This document shows, piece by piece, positions 29,350 through 37,138 of a stretch of 64,000 nt of DNA. The notes beneath the pieces are model-generated. The model worked only from the letters and a program-made list of their open reading frames with translations, was not told the origin of the DNA and ran no database searches. The position numbers and the translations under genes are program-made. The DNA comes from Dehalococcoidia bacterium (lineage in GTDB: Bacteria; Chloroflexota; Dehalococcoidia; UBA2979). Location: assembly GCA_045562675.1 (NCBI GenBank), contig JBJKVL010000008.1:67775-131774 (forward strand). The letters run 5' to 3'. Numbering within the stretch: the first letter of the stretch is position 1; every line of letters begins with the position of its first letter.

Positions 29350-30321
29350 TTGTTTTCATTGCAAGTTGGTGCAGTAGCAATTCCGACGTCAGACATCTTT
29401 AAAGCAGTTTTAAAAGGAATACCATTCTTATATGATGATTTTGTCATCAGTGATAATTGGTCTCAAATTATTTTTGATATTCGCTTACCTCGTGTTCTTG
29501 CTGCTGGAATTGTTGGTGCAGGGTTAAGTCTTGCAGGATTAACTTATCAAGGGGTTTTTAGAAATAATTTAGCCGATCCATATTTATTAGGTATTGCATC
29601 TGGTTCAGCATTAGCAGTCACTATCGCTAATTTTTTTCTTCCATTAGGTAGCTTATTTGCGTTCTTTTGGATACAAATATGTGCATTTGTAGGAGGTTTA
29701 ATTATCATTGGCTTTGTTTATATCATTGGTTTTGATGCAAATAGCAGAAACTTTTCTAAGATCATATTAACAGGAATTGCTTTATCATCATTGTGTACTG
29801 CGCTTACTTTTTTTCTGTTAATGCTTGAGAGTGAAAAAGGTCTCTCGATCCTTTCTTTTCTTTTTGGAAGCTTTAATTTAGTGGAATGGCGCTTACTTAT
29901 GGTGGCTGGTCCAATTATTCTCTTTGGGATTTTTTTATTAAATCTTTTCGGGCATTCTTTAAATATTTTACAAATTGGCTTAGAAGAATCTCAGACTTTG
30001 GGCATCAATTCAAAGAAAATGAGCGTTATTTTAATTTTAATTGCATCTATTATTACTTGTTCTGCCGTTGCTCTTGCTGGAATCATAGGTTTTGTTGGGT
30101 TAGTAATTCCACATTTATGTAGATTATTGTTTGGTAATGATTATAAAAACTTATTAATTACCTCAGCATTTATTGGTGCTATTTTTTTAATCCTAATCGA
30201 TGATGCTGTAAGAACAATTATTGCTCCTCGAGAAATTCCTATAGGTGCCATGACTGCTTTGATAGGCAGTCCTTTATTTGTATATTTTTTAGTGACTAAA
30301 CGCAGAGGGTATGATTTATGA
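29350..30321 (+). CDS. btuC: FecCD/BtuC family ABC permease
   Basis: DIRLPRVL, polytopic, C-terminal GAMTALIGSPLF. The frame is open upstream to about 29239 and encodes a helix (LYFWTIILGITLFFVIL), so the true start is probably upstream of the first canonical start codon. Confidence 0.85.
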   Translation: MFSLQVGAVAIPTSDIFKAVLKGIPFLYDDFVISDNWSQIIFDIRLPRVLAAGIVGAGLSLAGLTYQGVFRNNLADPYLLGIASGSALAVTIANFFLPLGSLFAFFWIQICAFVGGLIIIGFVYIIGFDANSRNFSKIILTGIALSSLCTALTFFLLMLESEKGLSILSFLFGSFNLVEWRLLMVAGPIILFGIFLLNLFGHSLNILQIGLEESQTLGINSKKMSVILILIASIITCSAVALAGIIGFVGLVIPHLCRLLFGNDYKNLLITSAFIGAIFLILIDDAVRTIIAPREIPIGAMTALIGSPLFVYFLVTKRRGYDL

Positions 30322-31106
30322 AAAAATCAATTGCCTTAAAAATCAAAAATTTATCTTTGAAAAAAAGTAATCAAAATATACTGACAGAGGTATCATTTAC
30401 GCTTCCTACATCTTGCCTTGCTAGCATAATAGGCCCAACAGGAGCAGGGAAAACCTCTATTATTCGATCAATTATGAATTTTGAAAATAATAACAACAAC
30501 GACATTCACATTAATAACAAGCTATCAACTGAAATGAATTTACGAGAAATTGCAAAGCAAGTTGCTTATGTTCATCAAAACTCTCTTTTGCCTGCAGGAT
30601 TAAAAGTATATGATTACGTGTTGTTTGCTAGAAGTCCATATTTAGGATTTTTTGGTAATCACACTCAAGAAGATCATCAAATTGTCAAAGAATCTTTAAT
30701 GTTAGTTGATTGCCTACAATATGCAAATCGTGACTTGATATCTCTATCAGGAGGGGAACAACGATTAGTAATAATTGCTAGGGCAATTGCGCAGCAAACA
30801 CCAATAATGATTTTAGATGAACCAGCTGCAAGTCTCGATTTTGCATTAAGTTCAAAATTGACTCATATATTACAAAATCTTGCACATGAAGATAACAAAA
30901 CTGTACTAATTGTGACGCATGATATTAATGATGCAATGAAGTTTAGTGATTACATCATTCTTTTAAAAAATGGTAAAGTTCTTGTTCAAGGTGAGCCAAG
31001 TATTGTAATCAATGAAGCAGTACTACAAGAATTATATGGCTCGCAGGCACGTCTTAGTGAAGATAGCGCAGGTAATAAAGTTGCTTGGGCATCTTATCAA
31101 AAGTAA
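30318..31106 (+). CDS. btuD: ABC transporter ATP-binding protein (BtuD/FecE type)
   Basis: Walker A GPTGAGKTS, signature LSGGEQRL, Walker B MILDEP. 4-nt overlap with the permease gene. Confidence 0.85.
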   Translation: MKKSIALKIKNLSLKKSNQNILTEVSFTLPTSCLASIIGPTGAGKTSIIRSIMNFENNNNNDIHINNKLSTEMNLREIAKQVAYVHQNSLLPAGLKVYDYVLFARSPYLGFFGNHTQEDHQIVKESLMLVDCLQYANRDLISLSGGEQRLVIIARAIAQQTPIMILDEPAASLDFALSSKLTHILQNLAHEDNKTVLIVTHDINDAMKFSDYIILLKNGKVLVQGEPSIVINEAVLQELYGSQARLSEDSAGNKVAWASYQK

Positions 31107-31156
31107 AATTTGTTAGTATGCGCGAATGTTTGGAGTATGTGCATACTAACAAATTT
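31106..31156 (+). terminator. Perfect 16-bp-stem hairpin immediately after the btuD stop
   Basis: AAATTTGTTAGTATGC (31106-31121) / GCATACTAACAAATTT (31141-31156) with a 19-nt loop. AT-rich but no clean U-run follows. Confidence 0.45.
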
Positions 31157-31224
31157 AGTTATTTATACTATTTAAGCCAGTTTTGTGCAACCGTAATTTA
31201 TAGTATTTTTTAATCCTTGCATCG

Positions 31225-31233
31225 TGATATAAT
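31225..31233 (+). promoter_or_regulatory. Candidate extended -10 promoter (TGATATAAT) for the MFS gene
   Basis: TGnTATAAT match 28 nt upstream of the ATG at 31261. Consensus match only. Confidence 0.35.
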
Positions 31234-31260
31234 CATATATAAAGAATTAAATGATAATTT

Positions 31261-32490
31261 ATGCTTGCAAAATTGTTTCCTAATGTTTATGAAGGCTGGA
31301 TTGTAATCCTGTCTCAAGCTATCGTCACCACTTTAATAGGTGGAGCATTTTTTTATGGATTTGGAGCAGTTTTCAATCCCATTGTTGATGAGTTTGGCTG
31401 GAGTGTTGCCTTTGTTTCATTTGCTTTTTCTCTACGTTCTGAAGCTGGGGGACTTGTTGCGCCACTAATTGGTATGATGATTGATAATGTTGGAGCACGC
31501 ATTGTTATTATCTTTGGAATCATTTTTGTAATTTTTGGTGTTCTACTATTATCATTCATGACAAGCCAAATTCAATTTGTTGTTTCTATGTTATTTATTG
31601 CTTTTGGTATTAGTGCAGCATCAGGACCAGTCGGGACTGTTGCTGCAACAACCTGGTTTGAAAAACGAAGAGCAAGAGCACTTTCCTTTTTGTCAGTAGG
31701 CGGTGCTGGTGCAGGGATGATGGCCTTGCCAGTAGCATGGCTGGTAGACGAGGTTGGTTGGAGATTAGCTTTAAGAATTACTGCTATCATTGTACTTGTC
31801 ATTGGTTGTACATTGGGACCATCTATTAGGTTGCGCCCAGCGTCGCACCCGCAGCCCTTAGATGGATTAAAAAATCAGTCAAGTATTGATGCAAATATTG
31901 ATGGATACAAAGGTCTTTCTGCTAAGAAAGCAATGTTGACTCAAGGATTTTTTATGCTTTCCCTTGGTTTTATTTTACTTGGCTTTGGTTGGACTGCACT
32001 CATTGTCCATCAAATTCCATATCTCGAGTCTTTAGGTGCAGATAAAACACTTGCTGGTGGTGTGGTAGTAATGTTTTCTGTTTTTTCAATTATCGGCAGA
32101 TTAGCAGGAGGGTATTTTGGTGATTTATATTCTAAACAGAAAGTCTTATCTGTTGCAATGGCAATTATGACACTAGGAATTGCACTACTTGGAGTATGTA
32201 ATAATTTAACCCAAGCCATTATTGTCACTTGTTTAGTTGCTCCTGGATTTGGTGCCACTGCTCCATTGCGTCCAGCAATCCTAGCTGATTTTTTTGGCAT
32301 AAAAGCGCTTGGAACTATTGCTGGACTATCACGTTTATTTGTTACAATTGGCTCGTTTGGAGGACCTGTTGTTGTGGGCTTAGCTGTAGATACTTATGGT
32401 TCATATAGCTTAGGATGGTTGTTTGTTGCCGTACCAGTGGCTTTTGCAATCCCTGTCATGCTTTTAGCAAAAAAACCTATGCCTCAATAA
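31261..32490 (+). CDS. MFS transporter (oxalate/formate-antiporter-like carboxylate transporter family)
   Basis: 12-TM profile, 409 aa. The N-terminal pattern YGFGAVFNPIVDEFGWS...PLIGMMIDNVGAR resembles OFA-family MFS proteins. Confidence 0.8.
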   Translation: MLAKLFPNVYEGWIVILSQAIVTTLIGGAFFYGFGAVFNPIVDEFGWSVAFVSFAFSLRSEAGGLVAPLIGMMIDNVGARIVIIFGIIFVIFGVLLLSFMTSQIQFVVSMLFIAFGISAASGPVGTVAATTWFEKRRARALSFLSVGGAGAGMMALPVAWLVDEVGWRLALRITAIIVLVIGCTLGPSIRLRPASHPQPLDGLKNQSSIDANIDGYKGLSAKKAMLTQGFFMLSLGFILLGFGWTALIVHQIPYLESLGADKTLAGGVVVMFSVFSIIGRLAGGYFGDLYSKQKVLSVAMAIMTLGIALLGVCNNLTQAIIVTCLVAPGFGATAPLRPAILADFFGIKALGTIAGLSRLFVTIGSFGGPVVVGLAVDTYGSYSLGWLFVAVPVAFAIPVMLLAKKPMPQ

Positions 32491-32692
32491 TTGGACCTCC
32501 CTTATCAATTATTTTACCATCTATATTAATAACTGCAGGTCGTTCTTCACAATAACCACCAAATTCACATTTATCAAATTGAAATGATTTTTTTTCTTTA
32601 TCATAGTTAATTGACCAAGAACCAATCATGAACCTTTTGTTTGCTGGATTTTCTAGAATGCTTTTTAACGCATTTAGTTCTTTCTCTCCCAT
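32477..32692 (-). CDS. Small hypothetical protein (71 aa)
   Basis: Strong SD AAGGAG 6 nt upstream of the ATG. Its 3' end overlaps the convergent MFS gene by 14 nt. Contains CEFGGYC. No family recognised. Confidence 0.5.
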   Translation of the reverse strand: MGEKELNALKSILENPANKRFMIGSWSINYDKEKKSFQFDKCEFGGYCEERPAVINIDGKIIDKGGPIIEA

Positions 32693-32792
32693 TATTTTCT
32701 CCTTAAATTAGTAATATTATTGCAGGAAATTTCATCAGTACTATTTTTTAAATTATCTACATCAGCTAAACTACAAATATATTAATAATATC

Positions 32793-33872
32793 TTGGTATT
32801 AATTATGACAGAAAAACATTCATTAGGAAATTTTTTTGAGGATTTATACCCTGGCTTGGAAATGATCCACGCGACTCCTCGAACAATTACTGAAGGCGAT
32901 CAATCATTATACATAGCACTTACTGCTAGCCGGTATCCTTTACATTGCGATGCTGAATTTGCCAAATCATTGGGATTTAGAAGAGAAGTAGTTAATGATT
33001 TACTCACCTTTCATATTGTCTTTGGAAATTCTGTTCCTGATATTTCCTTAAATGCAATTGCAAATCTTGGTTATTCAGATGTTCGCTTTGGTCAAACTGT
33101 TTATCCAGGTGATACGCTCAAATCTTCTACAACAGTTCTAGCGAGAAAAGAATCAAGTAAAGGTGACGCAGGTGTTGTATGGGTGAAAACCATTGGAACT
33201 AATCAGCATGATGAAGTAGTTTTAAGTTTTATTAGATGGGTATTAGTTGCAAAACAAGACAAGCAATCAAAGATAGAAAACTCAGAAGCAATAGATACTA
33301 TCAATCAAGTAGATCGATCAAATTTGTTTATTCCTTCAGAACTGGATCTTAATGCTTTTTCAACATCTGAAACTGGCGGTAATTGGTTTTGGGATGATTA
33401 TGAAATTGGTGAACGCATATATCACGTAGAAGGCGTTGCTATAGAAGAGGCAGAACATCAAATGGCTGCAAGATTATATCAAAACACTGCAAGAGCACAT
33501 TTTAATGCTTACGCCCTTAAGGACAGTTTATTTGGTAAGCGAGTTGTCTATGGTGGGCACATCATTTCTATTGCTCGCGAGCTGTCTTATAATGGTCTTG
33601 AAAATGTGTTAAAGATTGCAGCTTGTAATGGTGGTACGCATAGTAATCCAACCTTTGCTGGTGATACAATTTTTGCATGGACTGATGTTATTGATAGTTT
33701 TGAAGTTGATAATCAAGATCTTGGTGCACTAAGACTTCGATTAATTGCTTTAAAGAATCTTGACCCAATGAAAGATTCAGTAGATATTAAAATAGATAAA
33801 GATGGAAGGGAAGTTTATAATCCTGCAGTTGTGCTAGATTATGACTACACTGTTCTGGTACCGAAAAATTAA
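32793..33872 (+). CDS. Double hot-dog MaoC-like enoyl-CoA hydratase (mesaconyl-CoA / itaconyl-CoA hydratase-like)
   Basis: 359 aa, the size of fused two-domain MaoC hydratases such as mesaconyl-CoA hydratase. Clustered with an mcd-like ACAD and a malyl-CoA lyase. Alternative ATG start at 32805. Confidence 0.65.
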   Translation: MVLIMTEKHSLGNFFEDLYPGLEMIHATPRTITEGDQSLYIALTASRYPLHCDAEFAKSLGFRREVVNDLLTFHIVFGNSVPDISLNAIANLGYSDVRFGQTVYPGDTLKSSTTVLARKESSKGDAGVVWVKTIGTNQHDEVVLSFIRWVLVAKQDKQSKIENSEAIDTINQVDRSNLFIPSELDLNAFSTSETGGNWFWDDYEIGERIYHVEGVAIEEAEHQMAARLYQNTARAHFNAYALKDSLFGKRVVYGGHIISIARELSYNGLENVLKIAACNGGTHSNPTFAGDTIFAWTDVIDSFEVDNQDLGALRLRLIALKNLDPMKDSVDIKIDKDGREVYNPAVVLDYDYTVLVPKN

Positions 33873-33896
33873 CTTAAAGAGAGGATATTAGCAGCC

Positions 33897-35558
33897 ATGG
33901 TTTTATCAAAAGAAACTTTATCCGTAGACAACAGTCAATTAGAGTCACTAATTGAAAAATTGGATGAAAATTTAAGTACTATTCTTGATGCAGTGCAAAA
34001 TATTACTGACAAAGGTAAAAATATAGATGATTTTCAAAAATTAACTGAAGATTTTGCATATCTTGCTACACAAAATAGAGCAGTGCAAGACATGAATGCA
34101 TTTAATATTAGGATGCAGGAATCTAATCAAGATGACCACAACAACACGATAATGACCTCTTTATATTTAGCAGATGTTCTTAAAGCCATGAGAGATTTTC
34201 TTACTGAATACACTAATTTGTTGAATTTAAGCCAAGATGCTTTTGAAAATATTTTGGGCAGTGAATTCTATGATACTTATAATTTGCTCAGTTCCGAAGA
34301 GCGTATTAGAAATCTAGGGAAATCAATTATTGCATCTCGTGGTGTAAACAACGTGAATCTAGAAGATGAGGTTGCAACTTTAACAAGGGAGATGGCGCGT
34401 GATTTTGCAAATAAAGAAGTAGCACCTATTGCGCAAGATATCCATCGAGAAGATTTATTGGTGCCAGATAATCTAATAAAAAAATTCTCAGAACAAGGAT
34501 TTTTTGGTTCATCTATTCCGTCAGAATACGGCGGTACAGGAATGGGCGATTTATCAATGATTATTATTACCGAGGAATTGTCAGCTGCCTCTTTAGCTGC
34601 TGCTGGCTCACTTTCCACTCGACCGGAGATTTTAACTAAAGCCTTGCTTGCTGGAGGGACTGAAGACCAGAGAAAAGAATGGCTCCCTAAAATTGCTGCC
34701 GGTGATGTATTGGTAGCAATTGCCGTTACTGAACCAGATACTGGTTCAGATGTTAGTGCGCTGCAAACTAAGGCAGAGCCATCCGAATTAAATGGACAAA
34801 AAGGGTGGAAAATCAATGGTGCAAAAGCTTGGAGTACATTTTCAGGCAGAGCAAACGTATTAGCATTATTGGCGAGAACCGACCCTGACATGAGTAAAGG
34901 TGCAAAAGGGCTTTCATTGTTTATTGTACCTAAAGATTCATTTGGTGACGAAGAAAAATGGGAATTCAAGCAAGAAAGTGGTGGCGTCATTCAAGGAACA
35001 AATAATCCTACTCCTGGGTATCGCGGCATGCATTCCTACACATTAGCTATTGAAGATATTTGGGTGCCTCACTCTAATTTAGTTGGTGAGGATGAAGGCT
35101 TAAATAAGGGGTTTTATCTTCAAATGGGAGGCTTTGCTGTTGGGAGATTGCAAACTGGAGGTAGAGCAGTTGGTCTTGCACAGGCAGCTTTGGAAAAAGC
35201 TTGCAATTATGTTAGCGAAAGAGAACAATTTAAAAATAAATTATCTGAGTATCAGCTGACACAGTATAAAATTGGCAAAATGGCAACATTAATTGCTGCA
35301 GCTAGACATTTAACTTATGCAGCATCAAGAGAGTTCCATACACGATCAGTTGAGGCAGCAATGTCGAAATTATTGGCGTGTGATATTGCTGGTGATGTTA
35401 CACGTGAAGCTTTATTGCTTCATGGTGGTTGGGGTTATTCAGAAGAAGATGCAGTATCAAGATATGTAGTGGATGCATTAGTTTTGCCAATTTTTGAAGG
35501 GGTAAAACCTGTACTAGAATTGAAGGTAATTGGTCGTGAATTACTCGCAAGAGAATAG
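33897..35558 (+). CDS. Acyl-CoA dehydrogenase with ~165-aa N-terminal extension (methylsuccinyl-CoA dehydrogenase-like)
   Basis: The ACAD core starts near residue 165 (TREMARDFANKEVAP...) and includes TEPDTGSDVSAL. The long N-terminal extension and 553-aa size match what is known for methylsuccinyl-CoA dehydrogenase. SD GAGAGGA. The ACAD call is high-confidence; the Mcd subtype is inference. Confidence 0.7.
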   Translation: MVLSKETLSVDNSQLESLIEKLDENLSTILDAVQNITDKGKNIDDFQKLTEDFAYLATQNRAVQDMNAFNIRMQESNQDDHNNTIMTSLYLADVLKAMRDFLTEYTNLLNLSQDAFENILGSEFYDTYNLLSSEERIRNLGKSIIASRGVNNVNLEDEVATLTREMARDFANKEVAPIAQDIHREDLLVPDNLIKKFSEQGFFGSSIPSEYGGTGMGDLSMIIITEELSAASLAAAGSLSTRPEILTKALLAGGTEDQRKEWLPKIAAGDVLVAIAVTEPDTGSDVSALQTKAEPSELNGQKGWKINGAKAWSTFSGRANVLALLARTDPDMSKGAKGLSLFIVPKDSFGDEEKWEFKQESGGVIQGTNNPTPGYRGMHSYTLAIEDIWVPHSNLVGEDEGLNKGFYLQMGGFAVGRLQTGGRAVGLAQAALEKACNYVSEREQFKNKLSEYQLTQYKIGKMATLIAAARHLTYAASREFHTRSVEAAMSKLLACDIAGDVTREALLLHGGWGYSEEDAVSRYVVDALVLPIFEGVKPVLELKVIGRELLARE

Positions 35559-35570
35559 TATTGATAGATT

Positions 35571-35999
35571 ATGAAAAAAATTGCGCTCGCATCAGATCAT
35601 GCTGGTTATGAGTATAAACAATTAGTTAGATCTTATTTAGAAAATCAATCTTTTGAAATATTAGATTTTGGAACTGACTCAGACGATTCTGTTGATTATC
35701 CAGTTTATATTAAGCCTGCTGCACAAGCAGTAGCAACTGAAAAAGTAGATTTAGGTATTATCTTTGGTGGCTCTGGCAATGGTGAGGCTATGGTAGCAAA
35801 TAAATTTCCAGGCATTAGATGCGCCGTTGTATGGGACTTGCGTTCTGCTGAACTTGCAAAAAAGCATAATAATGCAAATATGTTATCTTTAGGACAAAGG
35901 TTGATTGACAAAGATCAGTTGCTTCCAATAATTCAAATGTGGCTAGATTCAGTATTTGAAGAGGGCAGGCATCGTAAAAGAATAGATATGATTGATTAA
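35571..35999 (+). CDS. rpiB: Ribose-5-phosphate isomerase B (Mycobacterium-type, Glu catalytic base)
   Basis: 142 aa. GIIFGGSGNGEAMVANKFPGIRCA and HNNANMLSLG match the actinobacterial-type RpiB signature (GGSGNGE rather than CGTG). Confidence 0.85.
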   Translation: MKKIALASDHAGYEYKQLVRSYLENQSFEILDFGTDSDDSVDYPVYIKPAAQAVATEKVDLGIIFGGSGNGEAMVANKFPGIRCAVVWDLRSAELAKKHNNANMLSLGQRLIDKDQLLPIIQMWLDSVFEEGRHRKRIDMID

Positions 36000-36003
36000 A
36001 GAG

Positions 36004-36222
36004 TTAATATAATTTAATAATTTTAATATTTTCTGCACCAGCAGCGTCAATACATAAATCGCATAGAGTACATTCATCAAGATATTTTTTTTGTGTTTGT
36101 AATATATTGTTATCAATAATAAAAATATCAACTGGGCATGATTCAACTACTTTATTACCCATGTCAAGATCGGTCTTTATATCTTCACTAATCTCTACAT
36201 CAATAAACATTCCATCGGGCAT
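36004..36222 (-). CDS. Mini ferredoxin-like protein with ligands for a single [4Fe-4S] cluster
   Basis: 72 aa. C29-P followed 23 residues later by C52xxC55xxC58, which is exactly the ligand set of one cluster of a clostridial-type ferredoxin. SD AGGAAA. Starts 8 nt after the ligase alpha-subunit stop. Confidence 0.55.
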   Translation of the reverse strand: MPDGMFIDVEISEDIKTDLDMGNKVVESCPVDIFIIDNNILQTQKKYLDECTLCDLCIDAAGAENIKIIKLY

Positions 36223-36230
36223 AAATTTTC

Positions 36231-37127
36231 CTAACTAATGAGTTCTTTTAATTTTACGGGTATTTCTTCTATGCGTTCTACTACAGTGATACCTGCTTCT
36301 TCCATGCGGATAATTTTTTCTTCAGTAGTATCTGCCTTTCCTTCGACAATTGTTCCTGCATGTCCGAAGCGCATACCTGGCATTGCATCCATAAATTTAC
36401 CTGCCATAAATGCAACTATTGGCAATTTTCTTTTTGATTTTTTTACATATTCTGCAAGAAGTAGTTCTGCACGCCCACCTGGCTCTGAATATATTGCAAT
36501 CCCTTTTGTTTCTTGATCTTCATCAAATAGAGGCATTAATTCTGCATATGACGATCCAATAATGACATCTCCCCCAATTGAGACAGCAGTACTAATGCCT
36601 AATCCAGCTGCTGAAAGACTATTAGCAATTTCTACCGTCATACCACCTGAACGTGACATTACACCTATTTGCCCGGGTATGAAAGCACGTTTTGTTGCTT
36701 CAGCTGAACCACCAATACCACCCATTCGTGACTTACCAGGGCTAATAATTCCTAAACAATTTGGACCTATAATCCGTGCTTGTTTCTGTTTAGCGTATTC
36801 AACAAACTGAGCTACTTGTTTTCTAGGAATCCTTTCTGTTACCACAACAATTAATTTAATATCAGCATCTAATGCTTCCATGACAGCATCAGCTGTGAAT
36901 GCAGGAGGTACAACTACTATTGAACCATCTATTTGATGATTGTCAGTAAATGCTTTCACTGTGTCTTCAACTGGTACACCATGTACTTCTCTACCTTTTC
37001 TACCAGGCGTGACTCCTCCAATAAGTTGTGAGCCATAGTCTAATAACTCTTGTGCCATCGTTACAGCCTCTCGACCAGTAATTCCTTGAATAATAAACTT
37101 AGATTTTTCATTGATAAGAATAGACAT
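36231..37127 (-). CDS. Succinyl-CoA synthetase alpha-subunit-like CoA ligase subunit
   Basis: 298 aa. GITGREA, PNCLGII, SRSGGMT, and phosphohistidine loop GHAGTIV. Confidence 0.85.
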   Translation of the reverse strand: MSILINEKSKFIIQGITGREAVTMAQELLDYGSQLIGGVTPGRKGREVHGVPVEDTVKAFTDNHQIDGSIVVVPPAFTADAVMEALDADIKLIVVVTERIPRKQVAQFVEYAKQKQARIIGPNCLGIISPGKSRMGGIGGSAEATKRAFIPGQIGVMSRSGGMTVEIANSLSAAGLGISTAVSIGGDVIIGSSYAELMPLFDEDQETKGIAIYSEPGGRAELLLAEYVKKSKRKLPIVAFMAGKFMDAMPGMRFGHAGTIVEGKADTTEEKIIRMEEAGITVVERIEEIPVKLKELIS

Positions 37128-37138
37128 ATTTTATCCTT

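Noticed and set aside
34277-34990. 237-aa minus-strand ORF inside the 553-aa acyl-CoA dehydrogenase gene
   Set aside because: It lies entirely antisense to a gene with clear ACAD motifs. Its composition is Ser/Pro/Ala-rich low complexity, typical of a shadow frame, and it has no RBS or family resemblance. The same reasoning applies to 40797-41399 (antisense to ktrB), 53489-53926 and 53057-53416 (antisense to pstC/pstA), 60781-61167, 43207-43584, 19028-19387 and 26360-26689.
35949-36146. 65-aa minus-strand ORF overlapping the mini-ferredoxin ORF in another frame
   Set aside because: The 36004-36222 frame has an RBS, tight coupling to the upstream ligase gene and a coherent Fe-S ligand pattern. 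The 35949-36146 frame is Ile/Leu/Tyr-rich AT-driven sequence and runs into the convergent rpiB.
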